Part shown: positions 10,096 through 21,094 of the stretch, one piece after another | How the letters are laid out: each line of letters begins with the position of its first letter | Position numbering within the stretch: position 1 is the stretch's first letter | Assembly: GCF_001194135.2 (NCBI RefSeq) | Contig: NC_068982.1 | Location: 188,503,386-188,537,332 of the forward strand | Reading direction: 5' to 3' | DNA from: Octopus bimaculoides | Taxonomy: Eukaryota | Length of the DNA: 33,947 nt | Notes under the pieces: model-generated | Told to the model about the DNA's origin: nothing | The model's database searches: none | The model's input: only the letters and a program-made list of their open reading frames with translations | Position numbers and translations under genes: made by a program

Positions 10096-10462
10096 GGTAG
10101 GCAGGCATGGATGGAGGGTTTAGAAGCTTGCTTTCCAACCACATTGTTTTAGGTTCAATCCCACTGCATGGCATATTGAGCAAGTGTCTTCTACTACAGG
10201 TGCAGGTCAACTGAAAGTCTTATGACTGGATTTTGTCAATGGAAACTGAAGAAAAGTACGTAGTGTGTGTGTGATTGTGTGATTGTGGTAAACGAGTGTC
10301 ATGCCATATAGCTGTCGTTTCCAGTCTTCTGTGAGAACAAATCTGGTCAGGAGGAGGATTATTACCCTGCTAGGGGAACAGGAGAGGGTTGGCAACAGCA
10401 AGGGCATCCAGCTGTAGAAGATCTGTTTCCACAAACTCTGACTGACCCATACAAGCATGAGA
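10096..10462 (+). mobile_element. tRNA-derived SINE (family A head, RTE-like tail)
   Basis: B-box GGTTCAATCCC near 10152; GGGCATCCAGCTGTAGAA tail motif. Confidence 0.75.
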
Positions 10463-10470
10463 AAGAGAAC

Positions 10471-10838
10471 ACAGGTGTGGCTGTGTGGTAGGAAGTTTGC
10501 TTCACAATCACATGATTCCAGGTTCAGTCCCACTGCATGGCACCTTGGGCAAGTGTCTTCTACTATAGCCTCAGGCTGACCAAAGCCTTGTGAGTGGATT
10601 TGTAAGACGGAAACTGGAAGAAGCCTGCCATATATGTGTGTGTGTGTCTCTCTGTTTTTCTCCCACCACCACTTGACAACTGTTGTTGATGTGCTTACAT
10701 CTCCACAACTTAGCGGTTCAGCAAAAGATGACAATAAAATAAGTCCTGGGGGTTGAATCATTTGGCTAAAAATTCTTCAAGGTGGTGCCCCAGCATGGCC
10801 ACAGTCTAATGACTGAATCAAGTAAAAAGATAAAAGAT
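10471..10838 (+). mobile_element. Near full-length tRNA-derived SINE family A
   Basis: A-box TGGCTGTGTGG, B-box GGTTCAGTCCC, central (GT)n and 3' end CAAGTAAAAAGATAAAAGA. Confidence 0.9.
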
Positions 10839-10899
10839 TTAAATGTTGATAAACGGGGTGGGGTGGGGTGGGGTGGTTTACTGAACCAGATGTGTATAT

Positions 10900-11480
<581 letters not shown>

Positions 11481-11662
11481 ATCCATAGGTCTTTTATTCT
11501 TGACACGTTTGAATATAAACAGCCCAAACCAGATGGCCTTGTTTGGGCTTGGTAAATAAATTATGTGGTTATTGATTACAAGGATCCTCAGCGTTCTGAT
11601 TAGCTACAATAATTAACAGCTTTCTTGCTATGATTAACCAGAAGATGGACAGAAGAAACATT

Positions 11663-12156
11663 GATGATAATAATGATAATAATAATATTTCCTTTTATTA
11701 GCCACAGGGGCATAGATGAGGGGGACATCGCAAGGACAGACAGCAATCTGTGTGGGGATTTACTTAAAAGATGAGGAGAAAGAAATGGAAAAGATAGTGA
11801 AATGTGCTAAAAGTTCTACATTGTATAGAAATTCTTTAAGAACATGAGTGATGTAGTCCTCCTGACACAGGAGAAGTTCTTACTAGGTCCAATAAAGGAA
11901 CCCCACAGATCCAGAATCACCGTGCTCATCAAAAGCACGAGTCCTCTCCTGCTCTCCAATCTACAGGCACATACTTAGAGTAAAACCATTCATGCTAGCC
12001 AGTTTTGCCACAGTTACCCATCTTTTCACAAATTCACTGGGACATAACCCTTCCCTCTACCCCCACCCCTCACTCTCCTTTCCATTTGAAATTTTAAAAA
12101 GTCGATGAGAACTTAAGTGAAGAGGAAGGTGTCTTTCCTCAATCCTTTCAGCCTCA
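11663..12156 (-). mobile_element. L1/Tx1-like LINE 3' end (ORF2 C-terminus, 3' UTR, AATAAA, (ATT)n tail), decayed
   Basis: Minus strand reads RLKGLRKDTFLFT*VLIDFLKFQMERRVR..(frameshift)..LCPSEFVKRWVTVAKLASMNGFTLSMCL* with the stop at 11961-11963; AATAAA on - at 11694-11699, then an ATT-repeat tail. Clade assignment is from memory. Confidence 0.6.
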
Positions 12157-12187
12157 GTTATAATAATAATAATAATAATAATAATAA

Positions 12188-12634
12188 GAGATGGTATAGG
12201 CACATGCCAGAAAAGGTCACAGAAAATGAGAAAGCAACCATGCTATGGGATATGCCAATACATACAGATAGGGAAATTAAGGCCAATAGACCAGATATAG
12301 TTGTCAGAGATCATGAAGAAAAAAAATGCTTTCTAATTGATGTATCAATACCAGCAGATGACAACGTTTCTCTAAAAGAAATGGAAAAACTTTCAAAATA
12401 CAAAGACCTGGAAATAGAGGTAACTCGAATGTGAAATCTAAAAACAGAAACAATTCCTATCATAGTAGGTGCCTTAGGTATAATAAAAAAAATATTCAGA
12501 CAAATACATAACAAAAACACCAAGACTTACAAATATATATAACATACAGAAAATTGCACTACTGGGCACTGCACACATACTACGCAAAACACTTTCAATA
12601 CAGTAACCATAAGAACATCACAGCAAACCACAGC
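12188..12634 (+). mobile_element. 5'-truncated R4/Dong-type non-LTR retrotransposon, restriction-like endonuclease domain (pseudogenised)
   Basis: Translates KRWYRHMPEKVTENEKATMLWDMPIHTDREIKANRPDIVVRDHEEKKCFLIDVSIPADDNVSLKEMEKLSKYKDLEIEVTRM*NLKTETIPIIVGALG..(fs)..IQKIALLGTAHILRKTLSIQ*. This carries the RPD..D..K..KY RLE motif. Premature TGA at 12432; preceded by (TAA)9 at 12161-12187. Confidence 0.9.
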
Positions 12635-12693
12635 NNNNNNNNNNNNNNNNNNNNNNNNNNNNNNNNNNNNNNNNNNNNNNNNNNNNNNNNNNN

Positions 12694-13128
12694 TTGTCAG
12701 TTGTTTAACCTTAACCAGTTGAGCATGTCCCTTGGTGGCTGACGATATGTGCATCTCTGATCATGAGCAGAAGTAGTCGGGGAGCATCATAGCCATGTGT
12801 TGAGAAGAATTCTTTGGGGTTTGAATAATTCACATTTGGAAACATGGGTGTTTTGTTCAACATCCTTAAACAACCCTTACTCAGGGACCTTTTGAGCAGG
12901 ATGGGCTACTCAACCTGAAGAAAATTCTAACTGGACCCCACCTGCAAGGTCATGCGCTGTTTATCTTGATATGAGGTCACCATGTCGCACACATATGGTT
13001 GTGATGCATGTGCCTGGTGTACCCTTATCAGACGAGTAGTCATGATGTGTAAACTGGGCTTCGTATATTTTACCCCACTGTCACCTTGATGGCATGCACT
13101 GTTCTCTGACACAATAATAAAGATAATA
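12694..13128 (+). mobile_element. Non-coding dispersed repeat ending in an (AAT)n-like tail
   Basis: Ends TCTCTGACAC-AATAATAAAGATAATAATGATAA; resembles an abundant octopus repeat as recalled; no coding motif recognised. Confidence 0.5.
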
Positions 13129-13339
13129 ATGATAACTGTTGATCATGTTGTCTCCATGTGCAATCTTCTTGTGCCTACAGAGTATCTACCCTCTATAGGC
13201 ATTTTACTGCCATCTTACATTCAGACTTTCATCTTATAATGAAATTACTTTTAAAACAAACTTCTAATTTACTTATGTTTTGACAGACATTCTCTAGAAC
13301 AATATTTTGTGCAAAACCAAACATATGGCACCAACTTGA

Positions 13340-13605
13340 ACTTGGATTTGGTAGCTGGAAACTGAAAGAAGCCCATCATGTGTGTCTTTGTCTTTGTGTC
13401 TGTCCCTTCCCACTACTTGACAACCGGTGTTGGTGTGTTTACATTCAACAGTTCACTAACAGACACTGGTTGACTAAGTACTAGGCTTTACCAAAGCAAA
13501 AAGGAAGAACTAGGGTCAGTTCATTCAGCTAAAATACCTCAAGCCTTTGCCCTAGCATGGCCGCAGTCTAATTCCTGAAACAAGTAAAAAAGAAAGATAA
13601 AAAAT
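13340..13605 (+). mobile_element. SINE family A, 3' half
   Basis: GGAAACTGAAAGAAGCCC...GCATGGCCGCAGTCTAAT...CAAGTAAAAAAG. Confidence 0.8.
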
Positions 13606-13675
13606 TGTGTTCCGTGCCTGTTAGTTTGGCACACAGTACAATGGCTGGAATGGCTAAAGTTATTTCAATATTTAC

Positions 13676-13708
13676 CTGGTATTATGTTCGTATATATTCT
13701 TTAGTTTC
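13676..13708 (-). CDS. Candidate 33-nt microexon of an unidentified gene (phase 2-2: KLKNIYEHNT)
   Basis: Acceptor CTTCCTGGTTTTGTTTTTCAG|G and donor CCAG|GTAAAT; length is a multiple of 3; only one frame is open. Confidence 0.3.
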
Positions 13709-13784
13709 CTGAAAAACAAAACCAGGAAGTTTGATGAATACACAGATAAATTCAATAAGTTGACTTGGAGCCAGGAAAAAGTAA

Positions 13785-13990
13785 CCTCCACATGGTCACA
13801 CAACCAGCTAGAAATAGCAGCTCCTCAAATCACACCCTACTGTCTTTAAAGATGGCCAGACACATTTGATAATGTAGTCACTGATATATGAAATTATAGG
13901 ATGGCGGTAATGGCTGTAACACCATTGATAATCACAAGCCTGTTCAATCAGGGCTGGCCAGGGGCTAAGCACCAACAACAGTAACAACGT
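13785..13990 (+). mobile_element. SINE family C
   Basis: GCTAGAAATAGCAGC..CTCAAATCACACCCTACTGTC motif; CAA-repeat tail. Confidence 0.7.
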
Positions 13991-15083
13991 ATTGATTTGG
14001 TTTGAACTTGATTATTGGCTGTCTAGTTATGTCTGTACAATTTCAATTAGATTGTCTCTTTTCCATCACCTGTTATCACCTGTACAACTGCTGCTAGGTA
14101 AGAATGGAAACCAATTTAGTTTGGTGCCTTCGCTACCATATAAAACAGCATCATAGACATGGACTCTCGCATCATCAGAGTTCAACATCAATAATTTTGG
14201 TCCACAAATACCGAAAGTAAATCACTTATTTAATAAGACGAGACCGAACTATTTTGCTTATTTATGAAATGATAGCTTAATTAATTTAATTACAGATATA
14301 CTAATTAATTTAATTACAGATACATTAATTAATTAATTTAATTTATTACATTCTGTTTTTATATTCAATTACTTCAGTCATTGCTCTCTTCTTCACTAAG
14401 ATTTTTTCACTTTTATCTCCCACCCTGGGCCTGCATCTGCTCTACTTAATCACAAACCACAATTTACTTAGCATTTTTTTTTTATTTATTTATGTGTTTC
14501 AGCCAAGTGGTCATGCTGGTGCACCACCGTGAGCATGTTTTTTTTTTTTGTTTTGGTTTTTATCTTACCGTTTTGTATCATTCTAAGCAATGGAAATTGT
14601 TTTCCTGATATCTAAAGATCTGCTTCTGGTACAGCCAGGCTTTTCTAGTGAAAATCCCTCTTGCCCACTTCATCATTTTTCTCTCCCTCTGTCTTTGTCT
14701 GTCTATCATTCTCTCTCTCTTTCACTCGCATACACATACATTCTACAGCTGGATGCCTTTCCTAACACCATCAACTTTACAGAATTGACTGGGTGCATGT
14801 TCAAGGGCACCAACACTAAAGAGGTTTTCTAGCCCTCAACTCATCTAAAAATGTTCTCTCCACCTTGTGCTGTCTCAGCTCAGTCCACTAAGCTGTATTC
14901 TCCCAAATATAACATCTGATATTGCCTGGTGTTTAGCACACCAGCAGTGTCTGGCAAAAGCCTACTCTGCATCAAGTAGTAATAGTAGAATAGAGTGGAA
15001 TGTGTCCATAAATCTTCTATATTTTTGAGATGAGGAATTCTATTTACAATGGATGGACAGCTGTCCTCATCTTGTTTGTTGTT

Positions 15084-15129
15084 ATCACAACGTTTCAGCT
15101 GGTGTACTCTCCAACCTTCATCAGGTGTT
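15084..15129 (-). ncRNA. Minimal type-I hammerhead motif (left arm)
   Basis: CAC-CTGATGA-A-GGTTGG(agagtaca)CCAGCT-GAAA-CGT-T-GTG: 6-bp stem II, ACGT palindromic stem III, 3-bp stem I. Confidence 0.55.
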
Positions 15130-15365
15130 CTGGTGGAACTTCAGACTCAACCCTTTATTTCATTAATGGGGTACACTGTTCTCATTCCTAAGGTATTCTT
15201 TTTTGCTTATGTAATTTTTTCTGTTGATATTTTTTCCCAAGTCCCCGCCTGGGATTGAACTCAGAATCCTACAGAATACCAATAGAAAAAATAACATCAG
15301 CAAAAAAGGAACGAGAACAGAGTACCCCTTAGTCAAATAAAGGGTTGGGTTTGAAATCCCACCAG

Positions 15366-15411
15366 GACACCTGATGAAGACTGGAGAGTACATCAGACGA
15401 AATGTTGTGAT
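15366..15411 (+). ncRNA. Minimal type-I hammerhead motif (right arm, more degenerate)
   Basis: GACAC-CTGATGA-A-GACTG(gagagtacat)CAGAC-GAAA-TGT-T-GTG; one mismatch in stem II. Confidence 0.45.
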
Positions 15412-15461
15412 GACAACAAACAAGATGAGGACGCCGATCTGTCCATTGTAAATAATGTCCA

Positions 15462-15640
15462 GAAATCTTGTTTTGAGACTTGTGCTCACATCATAAGCCC
15501 TCGTGTGAAGCCTGCTGTTTGTACTATGAAGGTGGTCTTGTAGCTCCCATTTCATAGTCCAGGTTTTGGCTCCATACAGGAGAATTCTCCCTGTATAACT
15601 GGTTCCAGCAATGGCACATGACTCAAGTACTTTGTGCCTT
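15462..15640 (-). mobile_element. RTE-clade LINE post-RT fragment (decayed)
   Basis: Minus strand LLYGAKTWTMKWELQDHLHSTNSRLHTRAYDVS matches the RTE motif LLYG(S/A)ETWT. Confidence 0.65.
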
Positions 15641-15939
15641 ACATTGCTGGCAGTTAAGATGACTCGCTGATATGTTCAGGACAAGCGTGTGTGTGTATGA
15701 TCCCTTCTGTTTTTAATTATTCATACAAGGAAGGAGCAGGTTTCAAATCTCCATCGTTAGAATCTCTTATCTCTTACTTGTCTCAGTCATTTGAAAGGTT
15801 TTAATTAAACATTTTCCATGTCTCTCTATTTATACATGTGTAAATATACATGTTACGTGCTAAACATCAGCAATGTAGAATGTAGAACACTTTTTCAAGT
15901 TGTGTTAACGGCTTGCAATTATCATTTCCTAATTAGCTG

Positions 15940-16140
15940 TAGGTGTATCTATGTATATATTTAAGTATGTATTTACATATGTACATATTTATGTAGGTAT
16001 GTATGTGTGTATATTTATGTAGTTATGTATGCACATATATGTATGACTGTATATGTATAGGTGTGTATGTAGTGTGTTTATGTCTATTTATATATGTCTG
16101 TGTATTAAAGTATGCATTTCAGTGTGTGTGTGTGTGTGTT
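15940..16140. repeat. Degenerate (TATG)n/(GT)n microsatellite
   Basis: Direct reading. Confidence 0.9.
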
Positions 16141-16141
16141 T

Positions 16142-16326
16142 GAAGGCACGTGGCTTAGTGGTTAGAGATGTTCAGCTCACAATCATAAGGTCATGATTTC
16201 AATTCCTGGCAGTGTGTTAGTTTTTGCACAAGACACTTTATTTGATGTTGCACCAGTCCACAATGGCAAAAATAAGTTGTACCTGTATTTTAAAGGGCCA
16301 GCCTTGTCACATTCTATTTCATGCTG
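16142..16326 (+). mobile_element. tRNA-derived SINE family B
   Basis: A-box TGGCTTAGTGG at ~16150 and B-box-like GATTTCAATTCC at ~16195; body differs from family A. Confidence 0.7.
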
Positions 16327-16790
16327 AATCATCATCGTTTAACGTCTGCTTTCCATGCTGGCATGGGTTGGACGATTTGACTGAGGACTGGTGAAACCAG
16401 ACGGCTGCACTAGGCTCCAATCTGATCTGGCAGAGTTTCTACCGCTGGATGCCCTTCTTAACGCCAACCACTCCGACAGTGTAGTGGGTGCTTTTACGTG
16501 CCACTGACACGAGGGCCAGTCATGTGGTACTGGCAATGGCCACGCTCAAAATGGTGTTTTTTACATGCCACCTGCACAGGAGCCAGTCCATCGGCACTGG
16601 CAACGACCTCGCTCAAATGATTTTCTAACGTGCCATCGGCACAAGTGCCAGTAAGGCGACGCTGGTAATGATCACGTTCAAATGGCGCTATTTACATGCC
16701 ACTAGCATGGAAGCCAGACAGCTGCTCTGGCAATGATCACACTCTCTCTGAAAACTTGATTAAGAGTCTGCATGTCTGTGGATTACTCAG
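16327..16790 (-). mobile_element. RTE-LINE 3'-end copy with (GAT)n tail
   Basis: ATCATCATCGTTTAACGTCTGCTTTCCATGCTGGCATGGGTTGGAC, homologous to 8982-9480. Confidence 0.9.
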
Positions 16791-17289
16791 CCACTTACAC
16801 ATTATTTCACAAGCGTGCTATTCCATTGATCAGATCCACTGGAGCCCTCATCATCATAACCGATGGAGTGCCAGTGTGTGTGTGTGTGTGTTTCTTTTTT
16901 TCCTTCTTGGCACGTGTCCTTTCTAATTATTCAAATGCTTCCTCCAAAGAAGGAAACAGTTTCAAGCAAAGAAACAAAGTCCCATCGCTGGAATTTAGAT
17001 AACAAAGATGATGAATGTGAAACTTCATTAAACTTTGGAAAAATCTTTCATGCTTATATTGTTCCCCTTACAGATTGTAGTTTGCAAAAGTACATGATTG
17101 TTCGTCTCTGTATTTGCTCAAAACCCCCCAACTTTTTAAGATTGTCACTTAGACATATATAAACATTACTAAGTGCACCATAATTACTGGTATAAATGGT
17201 AATTATAATCGGAATAGAGATGTGGCTGGTTTCAAATCTGTTGTCCATAAATATTCTTTTTCTCAATTGTTTAAAAAAAAAGTTCACTT

Positions 17290-17590
17290 GACTAGGGCAG
17301 CTGGCTTGTAGGACTCTACATGATTGTTCAGTTGGTGCTGGTGCCATGCAGGAAGCACTGGTGCTGGTGCCATGCAGAAAGCACTGCTGCTGGTGCCACA
17401 TAAAAAGGCACTGGTGATGGCACCACATAGAAAGCACTGGTGTTGGTGCCATGTAAAACACACCCAATCCACTCTGCCAAGTGGTTGACATTAGAAAAGG
17501 CATCCAACTGTAAGAAACCAAGCCAAAACAGACAATGGAGGCTGGTGTGAGCCCCTAGCCTTACCAGCTCCTGCCAAACCATCTAACAAT
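17290..17590 (+). mobile_element. RTE-tailed SINE with a 5x 26-bp internal tandem repeat
   Basis: Unit GGTGCTGGTGCCATGCAGGAAGCACT at 17334, 17360, 17386, 17413 and 17439, then AAGTGGTTGACATTAGAAAAGGCATCC. Confidence 0.8.
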
Positions 17591-17733
17591 AATGGATGAC
17601 CTGTATACTTCTCAGTTAAGTAGGGAGCATATTGTCCCCTCAGTACTTGCAATGGCTTTTGTTGTGCATTTAGTTAAAACGAGGGGGGGGGGGCATTAAA
17701 ATCTTTCACTTTTCCACTTTTCAAAAATATTAC

Positions 17734-17799
17734 CTGAGGAAGTAGGGAGTGGCTGTAGTTTTTTGTAGGACTTCAGTTGATCGAGCTGGTGTTTGATGC
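17734..17799 (-). CDS. Candidate 66-nt exon of an unidentified gene (phase 1: IKHQLDQLKSYKKLQPLPTSS; phase 2: HQTPARSTEVLQKTTATPYFL)
   Basis: Acceptor CACATTTTTTTCCCTACAG|G and donor CAG|GTAATA; 66 nt; non-repeat sequence. Confidence 0.35.
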
Positions 17800-18079
17800 C
17801 TGTAGGGAAAAAAATGTGGGCAGTGGGAGTTCCAAGGAAAGAAGGATTGGGTGGAATGTTTAGTGTGGAGTTTGGGAGAAGCAAAGGTATGTGTCTGTTT
17901 GGCTGGGACTGGAAGAAGGAAAGATGAATCAGGTGAACTGGGACATCCCGTAATAGCTGGATGATGTTTCACATAGATTTGTGGGGAGTGGGGTTATATA
18001 CCTCTTATATTTTTTTTACTTGTTTCAGTCATCATCATCATCATCATCATGGTGATGGTGGTGGTGGTGGTGGTCGTCG

Positions 18080-18480
18080 TCGTCGTCATCGTCCCCCACC
18101 ACCAAGTCAAGTGACCTGTGATCAAAAATGCTCCGTTTTTCTTTTTTTTGTATGTCAAACTACAATTCTGAGACCAAATGTCCTTCCATCTGCTAGATTG
18201 TGGAATGGGATTTGAGGGAGATTTGACTACTATTTCTAGCAAAGTCGAGCAACCACCTAGAGTCTCCTTCATTGATTTGTGTGGCTTTTTCTTGTTGCTG
18301 TTCTTGTTGTCTTGACAAAGCAGGCGTATGATTAAAGACATTGCAGCCATGACCATCCTGTCTTTTTAAAATATCTTGGATTGTTCAATACAGCCTTCAT
18401 TTTATGGTAGGGGTGTAATTTGAAGGAATTTGCCTGCTATTTCCAGCTGAATGTGTGACCACTTGGAGGCTCTGTTAAGT
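18080..18480 (-). mobile_element. Two adjacent SINE family C copies
   Basis: GATTTGAGGGAGATTTGACTACTATTTCTAGC and GAAGGAATTTGCCTGCTATTTCCAGC, the reverse complement of the family C motif. Confidence 0.65.
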
Positions 18481-18579
18481 TGCATCTTGCATATTTAATG
18501 ATATATTAACTCCTATTTGGTCTATCCATTAGTGAAAAGCAGAGAATGTTCTGGGAATATTATCTGCGGTAGTAAAGTG

Positions 18580-18795
18580 GCAAGTTGGCAGAACCATTAT
18601 GGTGCCAGGCAAAATGCTAAACAGCATTTCATTTGTCCTTATGTTCTGAATTCAAATTCAGCTGAGGTCAACCTTTTCTTTTGTCTCTTTGGAGTCAACA
18701 AAATAAGTACCAGTTGTACAATGAGGTCGATGCAATCAACTAACCCCCCTCCCCAAAATTGCCGGCCTTGTACCAAAATTTGAAACCATTATTAC
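18580..18795 (+). mobile_element. tRNA-derived SINE family D
   Basis: GTTCTGAATTCAAATTC B-box-like motif; homologous to 24812-25000. Confidence 0.7.
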
Positions 18796-19103
18796 TAACA
18801 TTCCACGCTGTGACTATGTATATGTATTGATTGACTTTCACAAAATAGCAATTAAGCAAATGACCTAATTTTACAAGAAATTGTTCATTAATTAAGAAAA
18901 AGTTCCAGTGATACACATGCAGATTAGTGTTTTTTTTATTTTCCTTCTCAATCTCATTTAATTATTCCTCATAGTTCATTGAGTCTACAGAATTTCTTTA
19001 ATGAAATCTTTATTAAACTGATACTTCAAACATGGCCTATCATGGTTTATGGACTGAAATATTCTCTAATTTTAAACCGTAATGTGAATAATTTATTTAA
19101 CGA

Positions 19104-19370
19104 ACATTTGTCGCCGTCATCATCATCACCATCGTTGCCATCGTTTCACATCCACTTTTCCATGCTTGCAAGAGTCAGATAGAGTTTATTGAAGCAGATT
19201 TTTCTCTGGCTGGATGCCCTTCCCGTCATTAACCCTTGCCTGTTTCCACCCAAGGTAATATTTCCCATGGCCAGACATGTTTTCATTGAAGATGGGAAAT
19301 GAATACCGCTTCTTGTAAGAGAACGACACTCATTTACAACAATCATACAATGCCACGAAAAGGTGACGCA
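19104..19370 (-). mobile_element. RTE-tailed SINE variant
   Basis: CATCCACTTTTCCATGCTTGC...CTGGATGCCCTTCC; homologous to 27880-28112 and 30465-30610. Confidence 0.75.
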
Positions 19371-19556
19371 AACATATATACACAAACAAATATATATACA
19401 CACACCTACACACACAAGCATATATATATACATATATAAAATTAATCATATCTATATATATTTTTGATGTCATAAGAATTTATAAACTTTTGAACATGAA
19501 ATAATTCTTTTGGAAACAGTGGGGCTTGAAGCATATAAAGCTATAAATAATAGCAT

Positions 19557-19800
19557 GTATCATCATCATCATCATCGTCATTTAAAGTCTTCTTTCCATG
19601 CTGGCATGGGTTGGACAGTTTGACTGGGAACTGGCAAGCCAGGAGGCTGCACCAGACTCCAATCTGATCTGGCAAAGTTTCTACAGCTGGATGCCCTTCC
19701 TAACGCCAACCACTTCGAGAGTGTAGTGGGTACTTTTATGTACCACCAGCAATAGGGCCAGTCAGGCAGTACTGGCAACGACCATGCTCAAAAGATGTCC
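19557..19800 (-). mobile_element. RTE-LINE 3'-end copy with (GAT)n tail
   Basis: Homologous to 16327-16790. Confidence 0.9.
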
Positions 19801-20092
19801 TTAGCCTCCTAAGGACACGCGATAGCAGTTTCCACTATTTAGCAGCTCTGAGACACACACACACACACACACACACTCCTTCCCCAGACTAACTACGTCA
19901 TGTCCATTGTTGTTGTTGTTGTTGTTGTTGTTATCATCACACGTTCTGGTAAAATACAAAATGCAATATGAAGGTAGAAACTGTAATAAATTAGCAACAC
20001 ATGAGACTCGGTCAAACAACAGAACCAGTAAAACTACCTTCTTTTGTTTGAACCAACAATAGGTCCCTCTTGCACATTGCCCTTGTTTTCCA

Positions 20093-20128
<36 letters not shown>

Positions 20129-20454
20129 TGGAGGGGGATGGGTTTTTTGGGGGGCTTTTTTTGTGCTTCATTTGTGCGTGTCTTTTTATTGTTATTTGTG
20201 GGTTTTTTTTTTTTTTTTTTTTTTTTAGCCATCATTTCCTTCAAATTATATATTTAGAAAAAAAATTTCTGTTTTGTTCATAACATTAGATTAATTTTAA
20301 AATGCTGATATTAGAATTTAGCTGCCTGAATAAAATAATGATGACAGTGGTGATGATGGTGATGACGATGTTAATAATAATAATTGAAAAGGAATCGATA
20401 AAAGACAGAAGTAAAAGGAAGAAGAAAAAGAAAATAAATGGTCATGAGGATGAT

Positions 20455-20730
20455 AGAGAGATGATGATGACTGTGATGATGATGACTGTGATGATGATGA
20501 CTGTGATGATGATGGCTGTGATGATGATGGCTGTGATGATGATGACTGTGATGATGATGGCTGTGATGATGAAGTGGTGGTTGCTGTGATAGTGNNNNNN
20601 NNNNGTGATGATGATGACTGTGATGATGATGACTGTGATGATGATGGCTGTGATGATGATGGCTGTGATGATGATGACTGTGATGATGATGGCTGTGATG
20701 ATGAAGTGGTGGTTGCTGTGATAGTGATGA
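20455..20730. repeat. 15-bp minisatellite GATGATGATG(A/G)CTGT
   Basis: Direct reading; the block is duplicated across the 10-N gap at 20595-20604. Confidence 0.9.
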
Positions 20731-21094
20731 TGGTACTGTTATGTGGGAGAAGGGGAGGTAGCAGATGTAGTGATGATAGTGGTGTTGGTGGTGGTGGTTA
20801 TGATAATGATGATGGTGGTGGTGGNNNNNNNNNNNNNNNNNNNNNNNGGGGGGGGGGGTATTTGTTCAGGCTTCCTTAAACTCCACTTGGCTTACAAGAA
20901 AATCTGTTGCAGAAGGAAGTTTATTTATTATTAACTTCTCTGTCTGTCCATCTCTCTCTCTCTCTCTCTCTATCTGTCTATCCATCCATCTCTGCTTATC
21001 TCTCTCTCTATCTCTCTCTCTCTCCATATATATATACATACATACATATGTATGTATATATATATATTTATATTTATGTGTGTGTGTGTGTATA

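Larger units (their letters stand above)
15041..15454. mobile_element. Foldback element with ~190-bp inverted arms, each carrying a hammerhead core (Penelope pseudo-LTR-like)
   Basis: Left arm 15041-15235 aligns to the reverse complement of ~15275-15454 at roughly 80% identity by eye (e.g. GTCCTCATCTTGTTTGTTGT, CTTCATCAGGTGT, CAACCCTTTATTT). Confidence 0.85.

Noticed and set aside
11520-11665. 9-bp hairpin AGCCCAAAC/GTTTGGGCT and a CAGAAGA-T-GGAC...GAAAC hammerhead-like remnant
   Set aside because: Core C3-U4-G5 is altered and no stem II partner or stem I is present, so it is too degenerate to call
14105-14215. Minus-strand CTGATGA and the peptide AVLYGSEG
   Set aside because: No GAAA or stems for a ribozyme, and the match to the RTE LLYGSETW motif is not supported by flanking residues
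15241-15275. tRNA gene
   Set aside because: Only a B-box/T-arm-like piece, with no A-box, anticodon arm or acceptor stem. All other A/B boxes in the window are SINE heads
17334-17464. CRISPR-like array
   Set aside because: Units are contiguous with no unique spacers, lie inside a SINE, and the sequence is eukaryotic with no cas genes
17769-17887. + strand exon (TTTTTTGTAG|G ... AAG|GTATGT)
   Set aside because: Stops in all three frames; it overlaps the better minus-strand candidate
20302-20879. Met-rich (MMMTV)n or Asp/Cys-rich (DDDDC)n metal-binding-like ORFs
   Set aside because: Product of a 15-bp minisatellite that is duplicated across a 10-N gap; no splice or start support
20866-20900. 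Minus-strand acceptor followed by DFLVSQVEFKEA*
   Set aside because: Twelve residues only, adjacent to a gap and microsatellite, and cannot be tied to any gene
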